This document shows, piece by piece, positions 26,196 to 39,122 of a stretch of 64,000 bases of DNA; position 1 is the stretch's first letter, and each line of letters begins with the position of its first letter. A program made the translations under genes and the position numbers. Origin of the DNA: Anthoceros angustus (lineage: Eukaryota > Plantae > Anthocerotophyta). Location: positions 1-64,000 of the forward strand of contig VJWM01000221.1 in NCBI GenBank assembly GCA_010909165.1, written 5' to 3'. A model generated the notes under the pieces. The model was given only the letters and a program-made list of their open reading frames with translations. It did no database searches and was not told the origin of the DNA.

Positions 26196-27418
26196 TTCTG
26201 TGAGACACGAACTTGAGGTGCTAACTCTAAGGTCGCGTACAAACATGTGGAGTTAGACGACGCACCGTGGACATTTTTCACAAAAACTTCGTTGAAGACA
26301 CGCTGCTGGACGTGACACCCTGTCAGGTTCTCCGGTAACAATCACTGAACAGAACACTTTCCAGCAATGCGGCGAGCATCCAGAAGGCCTGTTCCTCGGT
26401 TTTCATCACAAGGAGCAACAGTGCTGCCACATAGTTCATTCCCTGAATAGAGTAAGCAGGCTCGGCGTTATAATCCATCCATTCCCCAAAACCTTAACAG
26501 GACCTCAGATTCGAGTTAAAGCTTTTGATACACAGGAAAGGCACTCTACCTGGCAATAACCAATATCAGAATCTCGAAATGAGTAGGCAACGAGGACCCG
26601 ACGCAATGTAGCCTTCCTTCCTCGCTGTTCACCCAAGGATGAGATGGAAATGTCCTGGATAGATCCTACAGGACGTCACACCCAGTAAGATGTTGCCTTG
26701 CCTCAGGAGGCCTTCAAGTTAAGCAAGTTGGCAGATGGGGCCACCACGTCTACAGACATCTCCTGCTTTGGAACGAGCTCAAATGGGAAACTTACCCGGT
26801 CAATCTGGTGTGTCGCAGGGGTTTGCCTATCAACCACAGCTTCAGTGAGGTCCTGGTAGTAACTATCGGGCACTGTGGATCGCTTCTTGGCAGCCCCAGA
26901 CAAAGCCTGCCAAACTCGAGGTCTCAGAGACGGAGGGATGCCTTTCCAAATCAGCTTCTTCAGCTGGACAGACCTTATTAGGTTGGATATGGAGAGATGA
27001 CACAAGGTTGCCCTGCTCAGAATGAGCCGAAATTTCCGGCTGCAGATACCATCCTGCACCCTTGTTTGCCTCCATAGCCCACCACACCCGACCCTGCTCG
27101 GCAACCTCTCCTTCACGAGATTGAAAACCACAGCATCTTCAGCTGACAGCTCGAGACAGAATCCATACATATCTACAACTTTAACGGTGATGTTCTTCCG
27201 TGTGTGAGTCAATCCTCTGCTCTCCACTCAGGTTTCCCAGGATAACCTCGAACCAGGGCATCCTGAGAACCTCCCAAACGCTCAAAGCCGAACATATTCG
27301 TGGCTGTTCCACGGGATGACGCTAGGGTTGCTGTAGGACTTCCCCAAATAAATTTAGCCGCTCTTGGCTCTTCCGAATCCTCCACCAGCGGCTCGCGTGC
27401 ACGTTTTGAGACTCGCAT
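26196..27418 (-). pseudogene. TBC RabGAP copy 2, 3'-truncated and joined to lipase gene sequence
   Basis: Near-identical to 15496-16724 (IDR|gtaagt donor retained); ends at the TTCTGTGAGAC junction 26196-26206. Confidence 0.85.
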
Positions 27419-28648
27419 GTCGTCTGAAGAACCCCAACTGTCTGTCTGCGCTCAGTAGACCTCAGTTACACTCCTGCTCCGATTCTCATATGTTAGATAA
27501 ATATTTCGGTTACACTCCTGGTCTGATTCGCTGCTAGTATGATCCTCATGTGCTGGACATATGTCAGTCACATTGCACGCTTCATCCCGCACTCATGCAG
27601 CTTTCAAATGACCAAGCCTCGGCAGCAAAACCACCTGACAAACATACCACAAAATCCATCAAAGAGCCGTTCCCATCCACTATCCTCACCACTACAGCAA
27701 TCCTGGAAAGGCAGAACTGGCAAATCACTTCACCAAGCCAGAATGCCAGCGATTCCCCTCCTGAACAGGACGAGAGGTTGCAAATGAGTCGAACCGCAAA
27801 CGTACAGGTTGCCAAATTCCGACCACAGCTCGGAAGGCTGATTTCCGGCACTCTTGCGCATCAACGATCAGCAGACCTAAAGGCACTCGAAAACACTCTA
27901 ACCACGAATCACAGCAAGCGCAATGTCTGCTACGCCGCAGAGCAAGCGCTCCCGTTCGGCATCACACAACCCCAGCAGAACACATGATGCGCCAGTTCAA
28001 ATTCGAACGAAGCAAGCCAGAAAGAAAACACGGAAACCGTACATGCCATTCGAAAACATGCAGCCACTCAAAACAGGACAGCAAGCTTGAGTCACAGCTA
28101 CCGGCAAGCACAATCCACTTCAACAAAACTCACCAGGCACAGATCGGGCACAGCGCATCCGTCCTCAAGCACACGGTCACCCCGCTCCTGGAAGTCGCAG
28201 CTAGCCCTGACCGAGATCCGCTCCCACGGCTCCAACGGTCTCCGTCTTCACCAAACCGGCAGCAGCGCAGGAAACAGGAACAAGCAGCGCAGCGGGGCAA
28301 CAGAACCCGGCGTCTGAGAGCGGAAGCTGGCGGAAGGGCCGGGCATAACCGACAAACAAAAGCAAAGCGCCACCGATCCACGGCCCAGCCAGCCACCTTG
28401 CGGGAGCGCGCATCAAGCCCGAGGCTCAAAATCGCAGATTTTCCCGCCCGCTGCACAAGCAAAGCAGCAGGCGGCATTGCACCAACCAGCTGCGGGCGCG
28501 TGGGGTTTGCGACAGAGGAGGAGGCGGAGAAGCAACAGCAGAAGCAGCAGTCATGTAGCAGATGTGAAGACGTAGAGCATGGGCGCTAACAGAGATGTGG
28601 AGCATGTGGAGCGCTAACAGAGATGTGGGGCGTTGCCTTCGCACAAGC

Positions 28649-28972
28649 TGTTACGGCCCGACGACCACGTGCCAGGATAACTTGCACTTAGCCTTGCCAA
28701 CTGGAACGAGGCTACCTGGAAGAAGAAGTCGCACGACCGTCGGCGCCGCGTTAGAGAATCCCACTGGGAGTGTGTCACCGGCTGCCACAGCGAAATAGAA
28801 AAGGCCGCAAGTCTCCCGGTCGTGAGGGAAATGGCCCAGTGTACACAAGGGGAATGTGGAGACTTTATAAAAGGAACGAGATGGGAAATCCCATGTACCC
28901 GGAGGCGAAAAAAAGGGACAACCACGACGGGGCACCAGGTTAGAGGCGTGCCCCACTAATATACCCTATAAC
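28649..28972 (+). mobile_element. Solo LTR copy, fused at its right end to CRE copy 5
   Basis: Aligns with 17951-18290; the terminal TAACA is replaced by CRE 3' sequence. Confidence 0.6.
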
Positions 28973-29670
28973 CCCAATCGTCCCAAGATGTTGCCGTTCG
29001 AGATAGGGAAGGGCCTACTTATCATTGGTGCCACATCTCCACTCGTGATCATCCTAAAGATTGCTGGCCAACACCCTTTGTAGGAATGGAAACCCGTTGC
29101 CTGAAATATGCCACACAACTTGGAAGGGGAGCCCCTATCTCGTTGTGTAGGCCCTTGCACTCCTTGATAAAGCAGAAAAACCTTACCTAAGGCCCATGGG
29201 TTTCAATGGCAAGGGGATGAAAATGCGACCTTGTTGCATGTGCCCTTTTCTAGTTCGCTCCCTTAACACGGAGGTTGATGATGACATATTACCTTCGCGG
29301 AATCGCTGGTTGGGTCGGTGGCTTGAACGTCCGCCAGATCATCCCAGCAGAAAAGGTCGGCTTTGATAGAGGCCATTAGGCGGGCTTTGATAGAGGCATA
29401 GGCTTTGATAGAGAGCGCCATTTGAGCTTTGATAGAGCATATTGAGCTTTTGATAGAGGCATTGGCTATCTTCACCCTCCTTGAAAGGAAGAAACCGCTC
29501 TCCTTGGCCGCCGAGGACATGGCGTCTTGACGGTACGTCATTGTGTAGCAATGCCAGGCGAGAAACTTCAGCGGTGAAAGAAGGCTGCGATTGAATGCAG
29601 GCGGGCCGGGACCTAGGAACACCCTTCCTAAGCAAGGCCGAGGCGAGGATCGTGGGACGAGGAATGACAC
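28966..29670 (-). mobile_element. CRE-like RLE fragment, copy 5 (degenerate, internal gctttgatagag repeats)
   Basis: Aligns with other CRE copies; ASIKADLF in ORF 29263-29742; ctttgatagag repeated ~29362-29460. Confidence 0.65.
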
Positions 29671-30538
29671 GAGGTAGGTGGTAACACCAAGGCTTATATA
29701 GCTCCATATACTGAATTTTCTATTTAGTCGCGTAGGTAACACGAGAAGGCTTATATAAGAAGCTACATATACGGTGAATTTTCTATTTAGTCACGTGATG
29801 GGTCCCCTAACATTTTGTGATTCTTACAATACATCATCACAATCAATGCATTAAAAATATTTTTTTTCTCGACTTAAAAATAAGATTAATAGGTTTTAGT
29901 TACTCAACCAACGGAGGATCATGTATATCACCCAAATCTCCTCCTACAAGACTTTTATTTTCAACGTTTATCATTCAGGTTCTCAAGACACCCCGATTAC
30001 TACTCCAGTAATAGGAGCAAGTATATGTTTTCCACTACTATTGGTTAGAAGGGTGTGGCACAAAGTGGAAAAGTGGAGACCTTGAGGCGCAAGGTGTGGA
30101 GAAGTTGATGGCAGGCACAGGGGTGGGCCCATGCCAAATGTCTTAAGATTCAGCGATGCACAAGGTCTTTACTACTAGTTCAAGTTTTTGATCACGAGAT
30201 AAAGGATAAAGGGTAAGTCAAGATGAGGACATATTTAGATTCGAGGTTCACAAAAGGGTTGAAAGCTAGAAGGAACCCTTTAAAATGAAAAAATAAAAAA
30301 TATGTAGAGAACAAAATGCCAAAACTCAAGGGCAAGTGCGCACTTATATCCTAAAAATAAATTTTTTGGGTTTGTTTCATTGTTTTGATTTTTGTTCATT
30401 TTGAGAATGAACCGTTTGAATCGGAAGCATGAACTATGGGTTCATGCCTCTAGTCTTGACCCCAGTGCTCACACAAGTGCGTATTCTTAAAGTCTACATT
30501 TCTAATCCCATTGTTTACTATAGTGAACTTTCTATAAG

Positions 30539-31981
30539 CGATCCCCCCCAAATTGGAACTCTATAAATGGGATTCCTACCAAATGGGACCTCCCATCCTA
30601 CTTTCTTTAATTTCCAATGTAATAAATTGGACTTTTCCTAAATGGTAATTGGGACCTGAAACAACACATTCATGTTGGTTTCATCTCTATGGGACTTCTA
30701 ATTTTTTACTAAAAAAATAAAGAAGAAAAAGAATCGATTATTTAGAACCATAGACTTTTAGGTGATTGAAGACTCTTAAAATAAGCTTTTTCCTTTATGA
30801 TAGGTAGGTTTTGATGTTGCTTAGTGCTAGCTTTCAAACAACCTTCGTACCCAAAGGAGTGGTTCAACGGTAATGAAATAATTATTTTGAAAACTATAAG
30901 GTTAACATACATATTAATATTTTTAAAATTTCAACATTTATAAAAATAATCTTATAAAATTTCAACTTATTAAAATACATAGTATCTATATACAACTAAT
31001 AGATGTGTGTCCATAAACAAGCCCCAATCTTCGACTCCACTCCGTGAGGTTGTAGCCAAGCGGTCGCGATCTGACCTCGGTTGTTGGCGTCACCTCGCGA
31101 CCATTATATAGCGACCTTGCAGGCCCTGGCTTGTGCCATCAGACCAGCACCGCCGGGCATACCATCGCGGTCGCATCTCGCTCATGAGCCTCAGAGGCGC
31201 CTGTGAGCTCGCGGAGCCTCACGAAATTCTTGGGGCTCGCGGGCCTCACGAGGCTGGTCTGGGGCTCGCGAGAGCCTCACCGTTGCCATCTGTGACTCAT
31301 GATTTCGATCTGTGACTCGGAGCCTCCACCCAGTTGCATCTGTGATCAGCGAGGTTCTTGTCTGAGCTCGAGCCTCGCGGCATTCTTGCATCGAGCTCGC
31401 ATGAGCCTCGAAAACTTCTTGCTCTGGGGCTCGCGAATACAGGTGCGCATCTGTGACTCCTTGAGCCTCGCGACGCTTTTGTCTTACTCGCGACCTCCTT
31501 GACTCTGCATCTGTGGGGCTCATGAGCCTCACAAGCTTCTTTGCAGAGCTCATTTATCTCCCGGCCCACTCTGTGACCTCATGCGGCCTCGAAAAATCGC
31601 GAAATGCTGGCAGGTAGCCTCAGGTTCTGTGCACAGTGGGCAAGTAAGCCTCTGACCGGGTTGAGGACCTCATGGGAGGCTCTGCGACTCAGCCTCATAC
31701 TGATCAGGTTGCTCGCCTAGTTCGGCTTTTAGACTCTTAAATATTTAGTTGATTTTAAGCATAATAGCTTTTAGATTTTCACTTTATTAATTAATTAATT
31801 AACCCAGAATCACCGTATGAGAAGTGGTAAAAGTTATTTTTGGTTAAATCTATCAATCAAAAATTTAAAAATTTCTTTTGGTTATTTTTAAGTTTTAATA
31901 TTTTTAAATTTAAAATATTAAAACACCTCATAATGGGACTTCTAAGCCTTAGAACCCAGGTCCCAATTAGAGGGTGGATTG
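30539..31981. mobile_element. Copy-specific ~1.44 kb insertion with imperfect TIRs (non-autonomous Tc1/mariner-like DNA transposon?)
   Basis: Absent from the paralogous site (gtgaactttttatatacatactcatg at ~4825, 7047, 21614). Left end cgatcccccccaaattggaac resembles the reverse complement of the right end, caatccaccctctaattgggac. TA dinucleotides lie next to both ends. Confidence 0.55.
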
Positions 31982-32599
31982 TACTCATGTTTGATCGAGG
32001 CTGGGCAGTGCGCGAAACGGTCACATTCATTCATTAAGTCACCCAGGAGTAAGGAGGTCCAAATATCCGCTTGTGTATGGGTCCATGCAAAGATGGCACT
32101 TGCTCAATGGAGGGAGCCACGAGGACTAGCTCGTTACGGAAGCTATCTCTATCACTCCCAATCTTAGGATTTACTGGAGCTATTTTTAAGCTATTTAAGA
32201 TGTCATAATCTAGAATAAGGGAAGGGTATGCTTGCCACTAGACACGAAGATGCGCGCCTCATTCAAGTCCTCTTGATAATTAATCCCTTTGCAGGTTGCC
32301 GAAGGAAAGCCACCACAGAACACGATTGCCGGAAGAAAGCCACCACCAAACGCAAGGTGACAAAAAATACAATGTTTCTGTGGGTGCTTAATTCTTTATC
32401 ATATATTAAATTATACATATTATGATTTATGTATACAAACGATTCAAGATCTCCTCCATATGGGGGGGTGTGTGTGGAGACGAAGTAAACGGGAATAAAC
32501 TTAGCGTGTCTTTCGGACTCGGTGCAGAGATATCGACGAACCCCGTTTTTTGAGTAGGATGTGATGCCCAATCATATTTATCTTGGTTCTTATTCTTCG

Positions 32600-35500
32600 C
32601 TTTAACAATTAATCATAACAAGAAATACAAATAATATATCCTTGTTGAATTGAGCCAAGAAAGGCCACAAGGAGAGCATGCAGTTCCAGCCATGCTACCG
32701 ATATATAATCGCTTTGCCCGGAAAAACCAAATGAAAGTAGGGTTTCGCCAACTCATGATTGAAATGTACAAGCGCTATGCTCCTTGCTCATGCATCACAA
32801 ATTGGGCTGCCGAGCCATTCACAATCATAAAACACCATCCAAATTTGACAAACAATGCAACAATCTACACCCACACAAATACCGTGAACTGGCCGAACTA
32901 CTTGTCAAGGAGAAGTGGCAAACTGAATTGCAACCAGAAATCATCTGCGAATGGAGGGAAGAAGACATCCGAAGCTTCTTGGTTTTTCCACATCCATCAC
33001 AAGATCACGGGTTTGCTTCAAAGAATCATCCAAGCAGGCGGCCAACAATCATGACATCCACGCCATAAGCTCAATACACTCAATCGCATCCTACGATGCT
33101 GCACTCAAACTCACTATGCAACTTGACGCGGTGCCAGCATTTGGAGACTCGATTTCAATCCCTTCTCGAAATAGTATTTTGCAATCTCTCTACTGCAGCG
33201 GGCCTTCTACAATGTCTTTCTCCCAATTAGAGTTTCTCACCGTGTCGCCGGTGAGAATTGCCTCCGCCCCGGCTATCGCCCGACTCCACAAGCATCTTTC
33301 AAAGGGATAAGAGCCCTTGCAACCTAGTCGAACATTGTCCAACTCCGCTCTTGTCGCTTTTGGTCTTGTACTCCTATCCATGCCTCGTGATGGACCATAA
33401 AAAGCAAGACACTTAAAAACAAAAGCAGGCAAGCGATCCGGTATACCTCGGCGAGGATGCTACCGTGTATGCATCATGGTACTCTGATCCTTTAGGATTG
33501 AAAGAACCTTTTCGCTGGCTCTCCTTCAAGAGGACACCCTCTCCTTGAGCGTGATGCCTCCTCATACATTTCCTCCTCTGATCGCAATACCGTGAAAAGT
33601 ACATTTTGTAGGGTGATGTTGGAACAGCTGGCAAATTCCTCCTTGAGACGCTGAAGCTTCTCAAGGTTCAATTCTTCCCAAACCATTGCAACCCTTGTAC
33701 CTTGCAGGTGGGAATCCATACGGTTCACCAAAAGCATCTGCTTCGCAACCGGGCACACTTTCTTTTTATCAATCGTTTGGGCAAGCTCATGGTCCTGTTC
33801 TCGTCTCCTTGAACATCGCCATCGCCAAGCAAAATCGCACCCGTTCCAAGCACCTTTGCCAGCCAAAAATCCTCGTGTGACAGGTGGTATTGGTGCCCAC
33901 ATCCTGCAGGTGACTTGTGTGACCCTGGAAAGTGGCGAGTCACACCATGACTTGCATACTTGCCGTGTGTTCGATTAGAGTGGCTTGTCGATTATGCATG
34001 CCAATTCACCTCCACACTTGCTCAACATGGATTGCACAAGAGTGGACTTGCCACATTCTCCTCCCAACCCACAGAATTACTTTATAGAAAATGCGGAGTT
34101 TCTCATCGCCTGCAAATGTCATGCATCACGGCGCTCGGTCCACAAACCGTGTAGCTGACTCTTGCGTTAGTGTCCGTCTTCTGCGAGGTTTGATGGAATC
34201 CGTGTTCCGGGAGCTTGGAGGTCGATTTGTTTCATGCTTGTTTCCAAAACATCCGGAGTGCTCCTGCATAATCTCCTCTCCAGCTCCAGTACTGCCAGAA
34301 ATACTGCCACTGGTGCTCATCTCCTCGTCCGAGCACCAACCCGGCGACTTGAGAAAGTCTTCATCATACTTTCCGATTTTACCTCGTCCTCTAGTATAAT
34401 TTGTTTGGTTCCACTTCAAATGCACCATGAAGTGCGACCCTAAGCATTGCTACCATTCCTCCACAGCTAATCACCTGTACTCCACTAATTCTTGATTAAG
34501 TTGAAAGCTCGACACTAGCTGGAAAATTACTGACTCTTCGGTCTCGGTTTACGATCAAACACGGATGCTTGAATCGTAGGTTTTCATCAATCCCTCCTTC
34601 ATTCTTTGAAATATGTCTTCTCTATTTTCCCTTGAGGAGCGTTGCCAGTGATAACCTGCCATCAGAATCGAGACCTCGTCCAAGTCATCCACTGATGAGG
34701 GTTGCAGCGTGATTGGTCGACGATGGCTAAAACTTCGTGCAGGAATTGAAAGGGTATTTGTGTGCGTGAGGAAAGGTTGTCGCTGCGGTGGGAGGGTCTA
34801 ACGTGTAGCAACCAGCTCCATGGTCCCAGACTGTTGAAGCACGTGTCCCGAGGGCGAGCTTGCAAAGGCATCGGAAATACGCCTCAACCACAAGGCTATC
34901 CTCATTCTTCACGCACAATGGTTTGAAGGTGTTCGGATCGCCTTTGTTGTCTTGAAGCATGTGACAATCTCCAGTTGGATTGTCTTATCGTGAGCAGATC
35001 CTTTCAAGGCGTCCATGCCTTTATGTCGGTGAAAGGCATAAATCACATGTACCTTGTCTTAGCATACGCAAACCTTTCCACCTCTGCGTACCATTTCACA
35101 GAACGTCCTTAACCCTAGCCTCTCGAAACAAGAGCTCCAGATGTTCTCCCGTCACGGACACAATAATCTTCTTGATGCGAGTCTGCGAAACATCGCATCT
35201 TAGGCGGTCGGGTCAACCAAGGTGGATCAACATGACCGGGATCGAGGGGCCAACTACGGTTGGTTGCCCATTGGACCACTTGAGGATTTTCTCCAAGTAG
35301 ACCGCCATTTTGTGAGACTTTATGTGCGCCTCTGTGATTTCGCCCTGCAGCTCCTCCCCGGCTTCGTCCAGGCCGATGCGACGGTAGAAATTATCGGACC
35401 TTCTCCACTGTCCCATGGGAACATACCATGCGTTACCGTTGTGTGAAGTCTGCCCTCTGCGCTTCACCTCCAAGCTGGCTGCAACTAGTGTGGTGATGTA

Positions 35501-36401
35501 GCCTGCGGCCTTGAACAACATCTCTTCGGGCGAAATCCCTCGCCCCACCCAATCACACAGGAGATAGGCGGCCACGTACAGGAACAGGTACTTTACATTT
35601 TCCTCCACGTCCTGTAAAAGATCATCGAATTTCTGGGGGGGCCTCACTTGATCGAAATGGCCTTCTTCACCTGCTCCACCACCAGTCCTGTGCCATTGCA
35701 AACTGATTGGGGCAGGTTGTTGAAGAGTCTGGGAACAGGGTCCCCTGGTGTCACAATGTTGAAGAGCCTTTCCTCGATGCCAGTCTCTCTCAGGTAGTTC
35801 CTTGCAGCTCCGTCGCCAATGGGGAGCCCCAAACCCGATTGCAATGGCCCCGAACTTGTCTAGTATCCTCATATGTCTGGAGGAAAGTGGCCAACTTGTA
35901 CTTGATAAGAACCAGATGCGCAACCGCGCCTCCCAAGCTATGCCCGCAGAACACCACTTTTGTGGGGACGCCGTAGCATGGGTGTTTGGACTTGAAGAGG
36001 TCGTAGAGGAGGCGCACCGAGCAGCATCGGTCAGCCAAGAGCCAGAAGCCTTGATGGAAGTGGCCCTGGATGGTCCCGTCCATGCACCCGAGATCATTGT
36101 TGTTCGTCAGCTCCGTCTGCTCCACCAGGGTGTCGATCAGGACGTCTGTGCCGCTCTTGGTGCCCCGGAAGCAGATGTAGAGTGTGCCATCCCTGTCCCT
36201 GGCACACACCATCTTCGTACCCACTTCCTCGGCCGCCGTGGTGTGGACGAACTCGAAAGGTGGTCCGAGCTGGGACCTTCGCACCTCCGCCTGAAGTTGA
36301 GCTTGGTCATCGAAGTAGACGATGCGGCTGAGAAAGGCAGCTCGCTCTACGCAGGCCACTGACGGCTGGAAGCTTCCTGCATTGCCCTCGACCGTCGCCA
36401 T
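32600..36401 (-). CDS. Lipase 3 - hydrophobic segment - GTPase-like fusion, copy 3 (frameshifted)
   Basis: ORF 35790-36401 reads MATVEGNAG..CFRGT..HFHQGF..CGHSLGGAVAHL. Downstream frames give HIKSHKMAVY and KQMLLVNRMDSH. Confidence 0.7.
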
Positions 36402-36509
36402 GGGCCAACAATGTCCTTCACTCTGTCAACTCAAACAGGAAAAGAGGTGAGGCTTTGTAGAGAGGAACAGTAACACTCCCATACACTACGAGTAGGGCTT
36501 GATGTAGTC

Positions 36510-37721
36510 CTAGCCTTGAACCCCATCGATCGTAGGCAGAGGTCCGGGTCCAACTAGAGGCGGATCATCATCATCAGGATGAGGGTGAACTAGAGTTTGC
36601 CGCCCACTGGACCACTTGAGGACTCTCTCCAAGTAGACCGCCATTCTGTGAGACTTCATGTGCTCCTCTGTGACTTCGCCCTGCAGCTCCTCCCCGGCTT
36701 CGTCCAGCCCGATGCGACGGTAGAAATTATCGGACAATCTCCACTGCGCCGCGGGAACATACCATGCGTTAACGTTGTGTGAAGTCTGCCCCCTACGCTT
36801 CACCTCCAAGCCGGCTGCAACTAGTGTGGTGATGCAGCCTGCGGCCTTGGCCAACATCTCTCGGGGCGAGAGCTCTCGCCCCAACCAATCAAACAGGAGA
36901 TGGGCGGCCACGTCCAGGAACAGCCATTTCAAACTTTCCTTCACTTCCTGTAAAACATCATCGAATTTCTGAGGGGGCCTCACTTGATCAAAAATGGCCT
37001 TCTTCACCTGCTCCACCACCAGTCCTGTGCCATTGCAAACTGATTGGGGCAGGTTGTTGAAGAGTCTGGGAACAGGGTCCCCTGGTGTCACAATGTTGAA
37101 GAGCCTTTCCTCGACGCCAGTCTCTCTCAGGTAGTTCCTTGCAGCTCCGTCGCCAATGTGGGGAGCCCCAAACCCGATTGCAATGGCCCCGAACTCGTCA
37201 GGTTCCTCATATGTCTGGAGGAAAGTGGCCACCCTGTACTTGATAAGAACCAGATGCGCAACCGCGCCTCCCAAGCTATGCCCGCAGAACACCACTTTTG
37301 TGGGGACGCCGTAACATGGGTGTTCGGAATTGAAGAGGTCGTAGAGGAGGTGCACCGCGCAGCATCGGTCAGCCAAGAGCCAGAAGCCTTGATGGAAGTG
37401 GCCCTGGATGGTCCCGTCCATGCACCCGAGATCATTGTTGTTCGTCAGCTCCCTCTGCTCCACCAGGGTGTCGATCAGGATGTCTGTGCTGCTGTTGGTG
37501 CCCCGGAAGCAGATGTAGAGTGTGTCATCCCAGTCCCTGGCACACACCATCTTCATACCCACGTCCTCGACCGCCGTGGTGTGGACGAACTTGAAATGTC
37601 GTCTGCGCTGGTAACTTCGCACCTCCGCCTGAAATTGAGCTTGGTCATCGAAGTAGACGCGGCTGAGAATGGCAGCTCGCTCTACGCAGGCCACTGACGG
37701 CTGGAAGCTTCCTGCATTGCA
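36510..37721 (-). CDS. Lipase class 3 domain of copy 4 (clean ORF, lacks first codons)
   Basis: ORF 36510-37754 has FRGT, HQGF, GHSLGG (Ser), GDPVP (Asp) and SHRMAVY (His): an intact class-3 lipase triad. Confidence 0.85.
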   Translation of the reverse strand, partial: CNAGSFQPSVACVERAAILSRVYFDDQAQFQAEVRSYQRRRHFKFVHTTAVEDVGMKMVCARDWDDTLYICFRGTNSSTDILIDTLVEQRELTNNNDLGCMDGTIQGHFHQGFWLLADRCCAVHLLYDLFNSEHPCYGVPTKVVFCGHSLGGAVAHLVLIKYRVATFLQTYEEPDEFGAIAIGFGAPHIGDGAARNYLRETGVEERLFNIVTPGDPVPRLFNNLPQSVCNGTGLVVEQVKKAIFDQVRPPQKFDDVLQEVKESLKWLFLDVAAHLLFDWLGRELSPREMLAKAAGCITTLVAAGLEVKRRGQTSHNVNAWYVPAAQWRLSDNFYRRIGLDEAGEELQGEVTEEHMKSHRMAVYLERVLKWSSGRQTLVHPHPDDDDPPLVGPGPLPTIDGVQG

Positions 37722-39122
37722 CAAGAGTGGTCTTGCCCACATTCTCCTCCCCAACCAGAAGAATTACTTTATAGAAAATGCGGAGTTTCTCATCTGCCCT
37801 GCAAATGTCATGCATCACGGCGGCTCGGTCCACAAACTGTAGCCAAGACTCTTGCGTTAGTGTCCCGTCTTTACCTGCGAGGTTCGCTGGGATCCGTTTC
37901 CCCGGGAGCTTGGAGCTACTGATTTGTTTCCGCAACTGTTCCAAATCATCCGGAGTGCTCCTGCATTTAATCTTACCCTCCAGCTCCGAAGTACTGCCAG
38001 AAATACTGCCACTGGTGCTCATCTCCTCGTCCGAAAGCACCAACCAAAGCAGCTTGAGAAAGGATTCATCATAGCTTTTCACTCTTACCAGCTTATCTAT
38101 TTCCTCCCCTTTCGCTGCCTTCAATGCTACTGCAATGAGGGTGCCTATTACTCCCAAAGCACCTACTACTAGTGGCACTCCTACTGCTGCTGTTACTCCT
38201 ACTACTCCTGCTATTGATGTTTCTTCTACTATTCCGGCTAGTGCTAAAGCAACTGCCGAGCCGACACCGGAGATAGTGAACCCTTTGAGCATCTGTGCAC
38301 GAAGGTGAATATTTTCTGTAAGTTGGCCCATTGCTGCGAATTGACGCAGCATTCTGTGTACAAATGTTGCGTCTACTCGTCCCTTGAGGATCATGTTGCC
38401 AGTGATAACTTCTGCCATCAGAATCGAAACCTGTGGCCGCAAGTCATCCCTGATGATGTTCGCCAGCGGCTTATCGCCACGATGGCTAAAACACTCGTGC
38501 AGGAATTGAAAGGGATATTTGTCTGCGTGAGGAAAGGTATGCTGCAGGTGGGAGGGTCTAGACCGTCTAGCAGCAACCAGCTGCCATGGTTCCCTGAGAC
38601 TGTTGAAGCACGTGTCCCGAGGGCGAGCTTGCAAAGGCATCGGAAATACGCCTCAGCCACAAGGCTGTCCCCATACTCTTCACGCACTGGTTTGAAGGTG
38701 TTCCGGATCGCCTTCGTTGTCTGCCCGAAGCATGTGACAATCTCCAGTTGGATTGTATCGCTCAGCAGATGCTCCCTGCAAGCCTTGTCCATGCCATTTG
38801 TGCCAGCTGAAAGGCGTAGTTCACATGTAGGATTGTCCGCATCTGAGTGCCTTTCCACCTCTGCGTGCCATTTCACAGGAACGTCCTTAACCCTAGCCTC
38901 TCGAAACAAGAGCTCCAGATGTCGTCCCGTCACGGACACAATAATCGAAGTCCCATCTGCATCGAGTCTGCGAGACGCCCCATCGATCGTAGGCAGAGGT
39001 CCGGGTCCAACTAGAGGCGGATCATCATCATCAGGATGAGGGTGAACTAGAGTTTGCCGCCCACTGGACCACTTGAGGACTCTCTCCAAGTAGACCGCCA
39101 TTCTGTGAGACTTCATGTGCTC
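37716..39122 (-). CDS. Middle domain, Gly/Ala/Val-rich hydrophobic segment and Walker A of copy 4
   Basis: ORFs 38418-39116 and 37645-38640 give GVGSAVALALAGIV...GVPLVVGALGVIGTLIAVAL and VILLVGEENVGKTTLVQ, cut at the ATTGCA junction. Confidence 0.8.

Noticed and set aside
37044-37697. Plus-strand ORFs opposite lipase genes (also 35802-36362, 38305-39039, 39551-40207)
   Set aside because: Antisense shadows of the minus-strand lipase-GTPase coding sequence.
36510-37754. EDS1/PAD4/SAG101 ortholog
   Set aside because: No EP domain recognised; C-terminal architecture differs.
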